Shown here piece by piece: positions 1 through 6,355 of a stretch of 11,366 nucleotides of DNA (positions are counted from its first letter, which is position 1; each line of letters opens with the position of its first letter). The position numbers were made by a program, and so were the translations under genes. The notes beneath the pieces were generated by a model, which saw only the letters and a program-made list of their open reading frames with translations, was not told the origin of the DNA and searched no databases. Origin of the DNA: Candidatus Hadarchaeota archaeon (GTDB lineage: Archaea; CAYQAE01; CAYVLA01); assembly GCA_964452145.1 (NCBI GenBank), contig CAYVLA010000109.1, positions 1-11,366 on the forward strand. The letters run 5' to 3'.

Positions 1-115
1 TTGGACCAACACCACCTGCCATTTCGCTGCAACGCTCAACTTCGCGATCGGTCAGTCATGGTTTCCCCAGTGCGTCATTCCGGCGTTCAAGTGGAGGGAG
101 AGGAGGTAGTTCAGG

Positions 116-232
116 CAAGCGCTTGCGCACCTTGCCACGGCTGTCGATCTTCAGAACGGTGACGGACATCACCCGATCGTTGATCTGATGTCGGACGCGG
201 AAACGACCAGGCGGGATACTATAGAGGTTGCC
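116..232 (-). pseudogene. relE: Remnant (C-terminal half) of a RelE/StbE-family toxin gene
   Basis: Manual translation gives GNLYSIPPGRFRVRHQINDRVMSVTVLKIDSRGKVRKRL, which fits the RelE C-terminal pattern (YRIRxGxYRVxYxIxD...VxVLxIxxRxxVYK). The N-terminal half is absent, several conserved residues are substituted, and the frame runs on to TGA at 56-58. Confidence 0.6.
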
Positions 233-267
233 TAGGTCGTCAGAATGGGTAGTGAGCGGGTCTGCAT

Positions 268-283
268 GAAAGATAGTTATTAA
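268..283 (+). promoter_or_regulatory. Archaeal BRE + TATA-like promoter of the 311..646 gene
   Basis: GAAAGATAG followed by TTATTAA (277-283), about 28 nt upstream of ATG 311. Confidence 0.55.
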
Positions 284-310
284 CCACGAGTTCGATCAGA
301 AGGTTGAGGT

Positions 311-646
311 ATGGCAGAATACGGAGAATGGAATCGCAAGGGGGCAACCCTCAGCGACGTAACGGCCCAAAAGGAATATGGAGTGAGCCGGGACTTCATT
401 GTCAAGGGCATTAGAGCCGGCAAACTGGAATACCGAGATGGGGTGATATGGGGTAATCCATATCTAAGGATCTTGAGAAGTCAGCTTGAGCAGTATATCG
501 TTGAGGAGCTTGGCGCGGAACACCTGTCGAGCAGCAAGAAAGGGACAGAACTGCGCAAGATCAAGAAGGAAATGGCCAATCTGAGAAAGAGACTGGACGA
601 GCTTCAGGCTCGAAGAACGGAAATCGAGAAATCGATGAATATATAG
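311..646 (+). CDS. Hypothetical protein, putative DNA-binding (MerR/Xis/XPA-DBD-like fold) N-terminal domain plus C-terminal coiled coil
   Basis: Clean 111-aa ORF with a TATA box. LSDVTAQKEYGVSRDFIVKGIRAGKLEY resembles an Xis/MerR-type HTH (A...GVS...I...IR.GKL), and the C-terminus has heptad periodicity (LRKIKKEMANLRKRLDELQARRTEIEK). Confidence 0.8.
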   Translation: MAEYGEWNRKGATLSDVTAQKEYGVSRDFIVKGIRAGKLEYRDGVIWGNPYLRILRSQLEQYIVEELGAEHLSSSKKGTELRKIKKEMANLRKRLDELQARRTEIEKSMNI

Positions 647-669
647 CGGTCCGCACCAGCACCGCCAGG

Positions 670-870
670 GATGAGCTGTCCGTACTTCTCCTCCTTGAGA
701 AGCTCTGGCCCGGCCCGTCTCATCACCACGGTGAGCGCGCTTATGGCCTTGTGGTTCTTTGCCTCTGTTCCCCCAAGTTGGAGGATCATAGCGTTAGCTG
801 GGCTTTCGGCGTCCATCGAGGCCTGGAAAACCGCAGAGTCATGCTCCCCCTCACGCATGCGTTTTCTCGG
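670..870 (-). pseudogene. Internal fragment of a HEPN-domain protein
   Basis: KRMREGEHDSAVFQASMDAESPANAMILQLGGTEAKNHKAISALTVVMRR...LLKEEKYGQLI resembles the N-terminal half of HEPN (g.yd.A.f.a..AaE.a.kA.l...G.....H....l). There is no credible start and the C-terminal catalytic half is missing. Confidence 0.5.
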
Positions 871-873
871 CCC

Positions 874-1083
874 CGCCTGCCAAGATCGCCCCAGGAGACC
901 ATGGTGGTTCATCCCATGGCCATGCACCGAGGCGCGACCTACATCTTCTGGAATCCTGAAACGGGTGAGAGAAGGGAAATCTAGGGAGATGATCTGGTCC
1001 GCAACGGCTTCGCATTCGAACTCAAGCCGCGAAGCGGGGCAATATGGTTCTATGTACTCCGAGAGAACCCGAGTCCCGGCTGA
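874..1083 (+). pseudogene. C-terminal remnant of a glycoside hydrolase (GH36/alpha-galactosidase-like C-terminal beta domain) with an in-frame stop
   Basis: RLPRSPQETMVVHPMAMHRGATYIFWNPETGERREI*GDDLVRNGFAFELKPRSGAIWFY. Protein-like sequence continues through TAG 982-984 (TCG/Ser expected in 'isG.eL...Gf') to TGA 1081-1083. Confidence 0.5.
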
Positions 1084-1275
1084 CGGCTATGTGGCCGAGA
1101 GCTAGGGGTCGTCGCACTACGGGCGAATGGTCGGCAAGGCTAATGGGGTGGTTCTAGCAAACAGGGAGTCTCAAAGCCGGGAAGGGAGCCGCTCAGATGC
1201 CGCTCCCAAGTCGTGTTCAAGATCGCCCTCTTGGGGCAGGGTCTCGCCAATCGATGGATTTCGGCAAGTTCCGGG

Positions 1276-1710
1276 TCAAAGGCTTCTTGCATCCATTGCT
1301 TCTATGCCCAGCTCAGGCGCATGCCGAATGATGTACTTGTCGCTGGTGAGAAGCGGGAGATCATGCTGGGCGGGCGTCGCTACGTGGTAGGAGTCGAAGT
1401 AGTGTAGCCTCCTTGGACCCCGATGTTCGATGTACACGCGAAGGGCTTCCCTTGCGGTCTCAGTATCGACCGGTATCGCCAGGTGGGGGATGGCCCTCAT
1501 GTCCGAGATGAAGGTTTCCACCTCCTCCAAGTTGACTCCTTGGCTCCTGAGGGCCGTGACAACATCGTCGTAGATCTCGGAGCACACCAGTAGCTCGATC
1601 TCACCGATTTCCGCCGAGTCCACTGCCTTTGCGAATCTGCTCTCCAAAGAGTCTCCGGTGAGGTAGGATATGAACAGGTCGGCGCCTGCCAGGACCCTTC
1701 GCGCCGTCAT
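1276..1710 (-). CDS. vapC: PIN-domain protein (VapC toxin)
   Basis: 144 aa with PIN motifs SEIYDD, HYFDSYHVAT and LLTSDK. It has an ATGA overlap with the upstream AbrB-like gene. The first catalytic Asp position reads G (VLAGADLF). Confidence 0.88.
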   Translation of the reverse strand: MTARRVLAGADLFISYLTGDSLESRFAKAVDSAEIGEIELLVCSEIYDDVVTALRSQGVNLEEVETFISDMRAIPHLAIPVDTETAREALRVYIEHRGPRRLHYFDSYHVATPAQHDLPLLTSDKYIIRHAPELGIEAMDARSL

Positions 1711-1940
1711 TGGTCCCTCCCTTTCCGGAGGTAACTTTCCTGATCCTCCTCCAGGCTCGCGAGATCCTTCCTGATCAGTTCTCGGTACTTGCCTCTCACA
1801 CTCCCGGGCTCAGGAATGGGCTCCAGCTCCAGCCGTCCATCGGTTCTCGTAAGAATGAACCTTCGGGTGCCGAGTTTTGCCCGGATGTCCGCCGGGAGCA
1901 GCAATCTTCCCCTGGAATCGAGGGACACTATCGTTCCCAT
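1707..1940 (-). CDS. vapB: AbrB/MazE/SpoVT-family antitoxin (VapB)
   Basis: MGTIVSLDSRGRLLLPADIRAKLG is the AbrB swapped-hairpin signature, followed by an acidic C-terminal tail. 77 aa from ATG 1940, translationally coupled to the PIN gene. Confidence 0.9.
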   Translation of the reverse strand: MGTIVSLDSRGRLLLPADIRAKLGTRRFILTRTDGRLELEPIPEPGSVRGKYRELIRKDLASLEEDQESYLRKGRDQ

Positions 1941-1966
1941 ATAGCCCACTAGTGGGTAAAGCCCAC
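1936..1966 (-). promoter_or_regulatory. Putative VapBC autorepression operator (GTGGG/CCCAC repeats)
   Basis: The minus strand reads GTGGGctttaCCCACtaGTGGGctatATGGG. It contains the perfect palindrome CCCACTAGTGGG (1945-1956) and the inverted repeat GTGGG-n5-CCCAC (1952-1966), abutting the start codon. Confidence 0.65.
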
Positions 1967-1987
1967 ATTTGTCTCTTTCCCAGCCAT

Positions 1988-2000
1988 AGCTTCATGACCC
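1988..2000 (+). repeat. 13-bp direct repeat, copy 1 (AGCTTCATGACCC)
   Basis: Identical to 2677-2689. Confidence 0.6.
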
Positions 2001-2087
2001 TGTTGCCGCGCGCCGAACGATCAGAGGCAAGCCATCCACCTGAGAGGCAGGGGAGTAGGTAGCTTCGCAGGTGGCCATCGGCAAGGC

Positions 2088-2129
2088 TTTCTATGCGTAG
2101 GTCCATAATGACTCTATGATGTTTCTATG
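2088..2129 (+). promoter_or_regulatory. Putative promoter/operator of the antitoxin-relE operon
   Basis: TCTATG occurs three times (TTTCTATG 2088-2095, TCTATG 2113-2118, TTTCTATG 2122-2129), with an inverted CATA-n7-TATG at 2104-2118, directly upstream of the antitoxin ATG. Confidence 0.4.
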
Positions 2130-2367
2130 GTGAGGCACACCCGCATCCAGATACTCCCCAGAACTAGGGAAAGCTTGGCTCACCTGAAGAGCAGCCCTAG
2201 GGAGACGTTGACGATATAATCAACAAGCTTCTGAAATCGTGCCAGAGGGGGACGAGGAGGGGAAGTACACCGATGACTTTCGCATCGGCCTTCTGGGCTC
2301 CCTCATCGACTCTAGGGAAGGCCGGTCTGTAGGCCACGATGACGTCAAAAGGCGCCTGGGATTGTAG
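2127..2367 (+). pseudogene. Archaeal RelB-like (RHH-type) antitoxin with two 1-nt frameshifts
   Basis: Adding one base at about 2208-2209 and one at about 2234-2235 gives the 80-aa MVRHTRIQILPRTRESLAHLKSSPRET(Y)DDIINKLL(x)IVPEGDEEGKYTDDFRIGLLGSLIDSREGRSVGHDDVKRRLGL. The ETYDDII..LL and GR...HDDVKRRLGL motifs are typical of archaeal antitoxins. It ends 6 nt before relE. Confidence 0.85.
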
Positions 2368-2373
2368 TGAGAC

Positions 2374-2622
2374 ATGTTGCGTATTGAGTGGTCCCGAACC
2401 GCCCTGAAGGAATTGTATGGTCTCGAGAAAGATGCAATCGACCGTATCATCTCGAAGCTGGAACAGGCTGCCGCCGACCCAACGGATTACTTCACGAGGC
2501 TCGTGGGGCGGGACGAGTACAAACTCAGAATCGGTGACTACAGGCTGATCGCGTTCATCATCCACGAGACCGACACGATCTTCGTGAGAGACGTCCGCCA
2601 CCGGAAGGACATCTACAGGTAG
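2374..2622 (+). CDS. relE: RelE/StbE-family mRNA interferase toxin
   Basis: 82 aa with IEWSRTALKEL, RLVG, YKLRIGDYRLI and HRKDIYR motifs. Confidence 0.92.
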   Translation: MLRIEWSRTALKELYGLEKDAIDRIISKLEQAAADPTDYFTRLVGRDEYKLRIGDYRLIAFIIHETDTIFVRDVRHRKDIYR

Positions 2623-2676
2623 AGGCCGGATCGAAGCTTCACACTCGTTATGCTGTCTGGGTTCACGCAGCTCATC

Positions 2677-2689
2677 AGCTTCATGACCC
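2677..2689 (+). repeat. 13-bp direct repeat, copy 2 (AGCTTCATGACCC)
   Basis: Identical to 1988-2000. Confidence 0.6.
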
Positions 2690-3046
2690 ACAGGGGAAAG
2701 GGAGAGGGCCGTCAGGATGGCGAACTGCCTTGCGCGGGGGGACGGAAGGTCTGTCGCCCTCTTCGACGAGGGAGGTAACCATGCACGGTGCCCAGGTCCG
2801 GCTATCGAGAGCCCGACCAGCCTCCATCCTGATTGGCGGAACTATTTCACCCCGTGTACGGTTGGGGGTTGGGGCGGATGAAAAGCCAGCGATTGTGACG
2901 GATCTGTCGGTGTCAGATCAGATCGTGCACCAGAAGACGGCACCTAACTAGCCAGTTGCACCGAAGTGTTAATCTTGAACCGGCCTGCCTTTGGGAGGCG
3001 AACCTTTCGCTGAAGAGGGCGAAGCGAATGGTTGTCTGCGGGATTC

Positions 3047-3844
3047 CTACTCCACGCCGAATTCCTTTGTGCACGCAAGCTCGAAGGGCTTCCACCCCTT
3101 GACGGATTCCAGCGCGGCCCTCGCACCGCTGACCATGAAGCCCGCATCGCTATCGAGGGCGCAGAACCTGAAGCCCATCTCGATGGCCTCGTTTATCGTG
3201 TCATGGGTGCAGTGCATTCCGGGGGCCACTCCGTGTCTGTGGCACGCTTCGACCACATCCTCGAGAACCTTCCGAAAGGCTGGATCACTCCACGGAGGCG
3301 GGGGCCCCACCCCAAGATTCATGGAGAGGTCCCAGGGACCTATGAAGCAGGCATCGATTCCCTCAACCGCGAAGATGTCATCCAGGTTGCGGAGGGCCTG
3401 TGCCGTCTCGATCATCGCAACGATCAGGACCTCCCGGTTGGCCGTCTTGATATAGTCCGGATCCCTCAGCATCGCCCTCCTGGGCCCGACCCCTCGGATG
3501 CCTTCGGGAGGATACAGGCAGTAGCGAACAGCTGCACGGGCCTCCTCCCCTGTGCTGACCATGGGCACTACCACGCCGTATGCACCGATGTCCAGAACCC
3601 TTTTGATCAGGACCTGGTCGTTCCAACGCAACCTGACCAGGGGTACGCAGTTCTCGGTGAAGCTCATTGACTGCATCATCGTCTGAACCGTCTCCAGGCT
3701 CATCGGGCTGTGTTCGATGTCGAAGGTCAGCCAGTCAAAGCCCAGATCGGCCAGCCGCTCCGTGACATCCGGATGTCCTATCCCGACCCACGTGCCGACC
3801 GAGACCCGTCCGCCTCGGAGCTTGGCTTTCACAGGATTCTTCAT
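3047..3844 (-). CDS. HpcH/HpaI-family class II pyruvate aldolase (2-keto-3-deoxy sugar-acid aldolase, RhmA/GarL-like)
   Basis: Motifs GFDWLTFDIEHSP, PLVRL, LDIGAYGVVVPMV, YPPEGIRG, MIET and FIGPWDL. SD GGAGGTG (3851-3857) favours ATG 3844 over GTG 3853. Confidence 0.93.
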   Translation of the reverse strand: MKNPVKAKLRGGRVSVGTWVGIGHPDVTERLADLGFDWLTFDIEHSPMSLETVQTMMQSMSFTENCVPLVRLRWNDQVLIKRVLDIGAYGVVVPMVSTGEEARAAVRYCLYPPEGIRGVGPRRAMLRDPDYIKTANREVLIVAMIETAQALRNLDDIFAVEGIDACFIGPWDLSMNLGVGPPPPWSDPAFRKVLEDVVEACHRHGVAPGMHCTHDTINEAIEMGFRFCALDSDAGFMVSGARAALESVKGWKPFELACTKEFGVE

Positions 3845-3850
3845 ACCGCT

Positions 3851-3885
3851 CACCTCCCATCATGGTCATTGCTTTTCAAGCTTTC
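3851..3885 (-). promoter_or_regulatory. BRE/TATA-like promoter and SD of the aldolase gene
   Basis: The minus strand has GAAAGC-TTGAAAAG (TATA-like, 3872-3879) and then GGAGGTG. Confidence 0.45.
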
Positions 3886-3902
3886 TCGGAGTCCTCCGGT
3901 CA

Positions 3903-5162
3903 TCAGTAGATCCGGCGCCCCGGAGGCCGATCCACTACGCGAGTGACCTCCGTCCTCCTGTATAGCTGTCGCTTGACCATGAGAATCCAGATGCTGACTC
4001 CACACAGCATCGAGGTCGCCACCACCACGATCCACTCCATGACGTAGATCCAGATCATCGCTTGATCCTTGAGCTTGAGGGCCTGCTCGGCCAGATCGTT
4101 CAGCCCCCCGATGATCTCCTCCACCAGAGAGTAGGCCTGATCGAACTCGCCATCGAGGTACAGCCCATCGGCTGAGGATTTGTCGATCTCCAGACCGGCC
4201 AGCCTGTCATAGAGAGGAAACGCATTGGCACCGAATTTCTCCGCAAAGTCGAAAACTGATACGACGACGGATTTCTGGCTTGAGTACTGCGCAAGGCGGT
4301 CTCGAAGGAGATGGACCTTCATCGCGTCGGTGGGCAGCTCTCGGCGGCATGCTCGCCATATCATGTTGGCGACTATGTCGAGGGCAAAAGGATTGAGATT
4401 AGTGCTCCAGAAGCTGTCGTAGACCATGTCCATCAAGGTGAAGGTTGTCGCTTTGCCGTAATCCCACTCCATGACGTGGGGCACGTAGCCCGGAAGAGGA
4501 TATGCCAGCTCGGATAGTCCGGTTCTCAGCCAGCTATGAATCCTAGATCCTTCCCGAGGTATGGTCAACAGGCCCGCGTATGACGGGAACGTCCTCTCGA
4601 TCTGACGCTTGAAGGGCTTCATCACAGGGGCAAGGTCCTCATCATCGTTGACGAGGATGGGTCCCGATGGCACCCTTGCCGAGGACATCAGATAATATGG
4701 GCTTCTAACAACCGCCATGGCATCGTTCGGAAATGCTTGGGACATAACGCTTGTGGCCCACGGCTCTGATAGCCAGAGGTTCATGCTCATCACGCTTCTG
4801 GTGTTGACCGCCCCCAGGCCATAGTCCCCCATGGCGTCATGCATCCACTGGGCCTGCCATGGGCTTATGAAGGACATATCCACCTGAGCCAGGAACAGGA
4901 AGTCGTAGGAGACCAGATCCTGGAAGGTCCTGGGGAAGTAGATGCGCATGAGCCTCACTATTTCCTGCGCCGTGACGGAGCCCCACTCGCGCGTAGGAAC
5001 GATGATGCCCTTGATCGAGGGCTCAACCATCATCCAGTCACGAATGACCGGCATGCTCTGCGCCTTTCCGGTCGCGACGATCTGGATGACGTTGCCGCTT
5101 GCTGCCACCCGGGATGCGCACCCCAAGGTCAGGATCAGGAGGATGGCGTAAAGCTCTCGCAA
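3903..5162 (-). CDS. Secreted/membrane-anchored hypothetical protein (signal peptide, GATase1/DUF1355-like domain, helical region, C-terminal TM helix)
   Basis: 419-aa ORF from TTG with hydrophobic N-terminus LYAILLILTLGCAS. FPRTFQDLVSYDFLFL resembles the P.t.eeL..YD.iiL motif of GATase1-like domains. C-terminal TM WIYVMEWIVVVATSMLCGVSIWILMV is followed by basic KRQLYRR. Confidence 0.85.
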   Translation of the reverse strand: MRELYAILLILTLGCASRVAASGNVIQIVATGKAQSMPVIRDWMMVEPSIKGIIVPTREWGSVTAQEIVRLMRIYFPRTFQDLVSYDFLFLAQVDMSFISPWQAQWMHDAMGDYGLGAVNTRSVMSMNLWLSEPWATSVMSQAFPNDAMAVVRSPYYLMSSARVPSGPILVNDDEDLAPVMKPFKRQIERTFPSYAGLLTIPREGSRIHSWLRTGLSELAYPLPGYVPHVMEWDYGKATTFTLMDMVYDSFWSTNLNPFALDIVANMIWRACRRELPTDAMKVHLLRDRLAQYSSQKSVVVSVFDFAEKFGANAFPLYDRLAGLEIDKSSADGLYLDGEFDQAYSLVEEIIGGLNDLAEQALKLKDQAMIWIYVMEWIVVVATSMLCGVSIWILMVKRQLYRRTEVTRVVDRPPGRRIY

Positions 5163-5185
5163 CAGAGCTGGGCGCTCGCTATCCG

Positions 5186-5197
5186 CTTAAAGCTTGT
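5186..5197 (-). promoter_or_regulatory. TATA box for a leaderless transcript of the 419-aa gene
   Basis: The minus strand reads ACAAGC-TTTAAG, about 24-29 nt upstream of TTG 5162. Confidence 0.55.
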
Positions 5198-5352
5198 GCC
5201 GTCCGATCCGATCGGGCAGAAAGGCGAGCCGATCGAACATTTATCTGCGGCCCGCAGTCATGATCGTAGGCACTCGCCTCACTACAGGCCAACCCGCGAC
5301 CCGGGACGCTGGCCTGGCCCGGGGAGGACCTAGGAAACCCAAGGTGATCAAG

Positions 5353-6342
5353 ATGCTCAGAGTTGGGATCATAGGGATGGGCGGCATTGGCAACACCCAT
5401 GCCGACATGTACAAGCAGAATCCTCGGTGCGAACTGGTCGCCGTCTGCGACATCATCAGGGAGAGGGCTGACAAGGCTGCCGCAAGGCTGGGGGTAAAGG
5501 CGTACTACGCCGCGCCCGAGATGTTGGCTTCGGAGGGCCTTGACCTGGTCAGCGTTGCGACCGCTGGGGTCGAGAACGGCTCCGACCACTTCGAACCAAC
5601 CATGCAGGCTCTTGATGCCGGGGCCCATGTCCTCTGCGAGAAACCTATCTGCAATGATGTCGAGAAGGCCGGCAAGATGGTCCAGAAGGCCAGGGAGAAG
5701 GGCCTCTGCTTCGGCATCGACCTCAACCACAGATTCGTCCCGCCAGCGACAAGGGCGAGGAAGTACATCGATGACGGCGAGCTGGGCGAGCTGCTCTTCA
5801 TAAACATGGCGTTGTGGATCGACAACCCAAACGAATCGTCACCCTACTTCCACCTTCGCGCCCTGCACCCCCACTCGATCGATGTCATGAGGTACTTCTG
5901 CGGAGATGCCGTCAAGGTTCAGGCCTTCTTCACCAAGCCCTCCTACAGGAAGATCTGGTCGAACGCCCAGATCAATATGCAGTTCGCCAACGGGTGCGTG
6001 GGGCACCTGACCGGCAGCTATGACATGTCCGGCCACCATCCCATAGAACGCTGCGAGGTCGCTGGGACCGAGGGAAGATTCGTCATCGAAAACGTCTTCG
6101 AGAGTCTGTCCTTCCTGCCGAGGAGGAGGCCGGAGAGGGTGGTCTACCCGAACAACATCTTCGGGGGAGTAGGTAGCTTCAGGGACACCTTCAGAAACAG
6201 GATCAACCGCTTCGTGGAGCAGGTCGACTCGGGGGCCAAGCCCGAGGAGATCGAAGCGTCGGGGGCGGATGGATTGGCCGCCCAGACCATCATCGAGGCT
6301 GCCATAAGGTCCCATGAGACCGGCGAGGTAGTCAGGCTCTAG
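5353..6342 (+). CDS. Gfo/Idh/MocA-family NAD(P)-dependent oxidoreductase
   Basis: Rossmann LRVGIIGMGGIG, HVLCEKP and HPHSIDVMRY motifs. SD AGGTGA (5342-5347) supports ATG 5353 rather than the ORF-track start at 5194. Confidence 0.93.
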   Translation: MLRVGIIGMGGIGNTHADMYKQNPRCELVAVCDIIRERADKAAARLGVKAYYAAPEMLASEGLDLVSVATAGVENGSDHFEPTMQALDAGAHVLCEKPICNDVEKAGKMVQKAREKGLCFGIDLNHRFVPPATRARKYIDDGELGELLFINMALWIDNPNESSPYFHLRALHPHSIDVMRYFCGDAVKVQAFFTKPSYRKIWSNAQINMQFANGCVGHLTGSYDMSGHHPIERCEVAGTEGRFVIENVFESLSFLPRRRPERVVYPNNIFGGVGSFRDTFRNRINRFVEQVDSGAKPEEIEASGADGLAAQTIIEAAIRSHETGEVVRL

Positions 6343-6355
6343 GCCGGTGCTGGTT

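Noticed and set aside
1..22. Possible start of a minus-strand gene leaving the window (ATG GCA GGT GGT GTT GGT CCA)
   Set aside because: Only seven codons are visible, so it cannot be evaluated.
671..1105. 144-aa plus-strand ORF
   Set aside because: Ser/Arg/Pro-rich shadow of the HEPN-like (minus) and glycosidase-like (other plus frame) remnants, with no motifs.
1213..1407. ORF beginning VFKIALLGQG, superficially like a small GTPase or Rossmann beta-1
   Set aside because: No GKS/T or GxGxxG completion, and it is mostly antisense to vapC.
2781..2951. 56-aa ORF after a good SD (GGAGGT-aacc-ATG)
   Set aside because: No recognisable motif or promoter. It may be another decayed gene but cannot be supported from sequence alone.
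5194..5352. N-terminal extension of the Gfo/Idh/MocA ORF
   Set aside because: Low-complexity Arg/Pro-rich sequence overlapping the promoter. The SD and Rossmann motif indicate a start at 5353.
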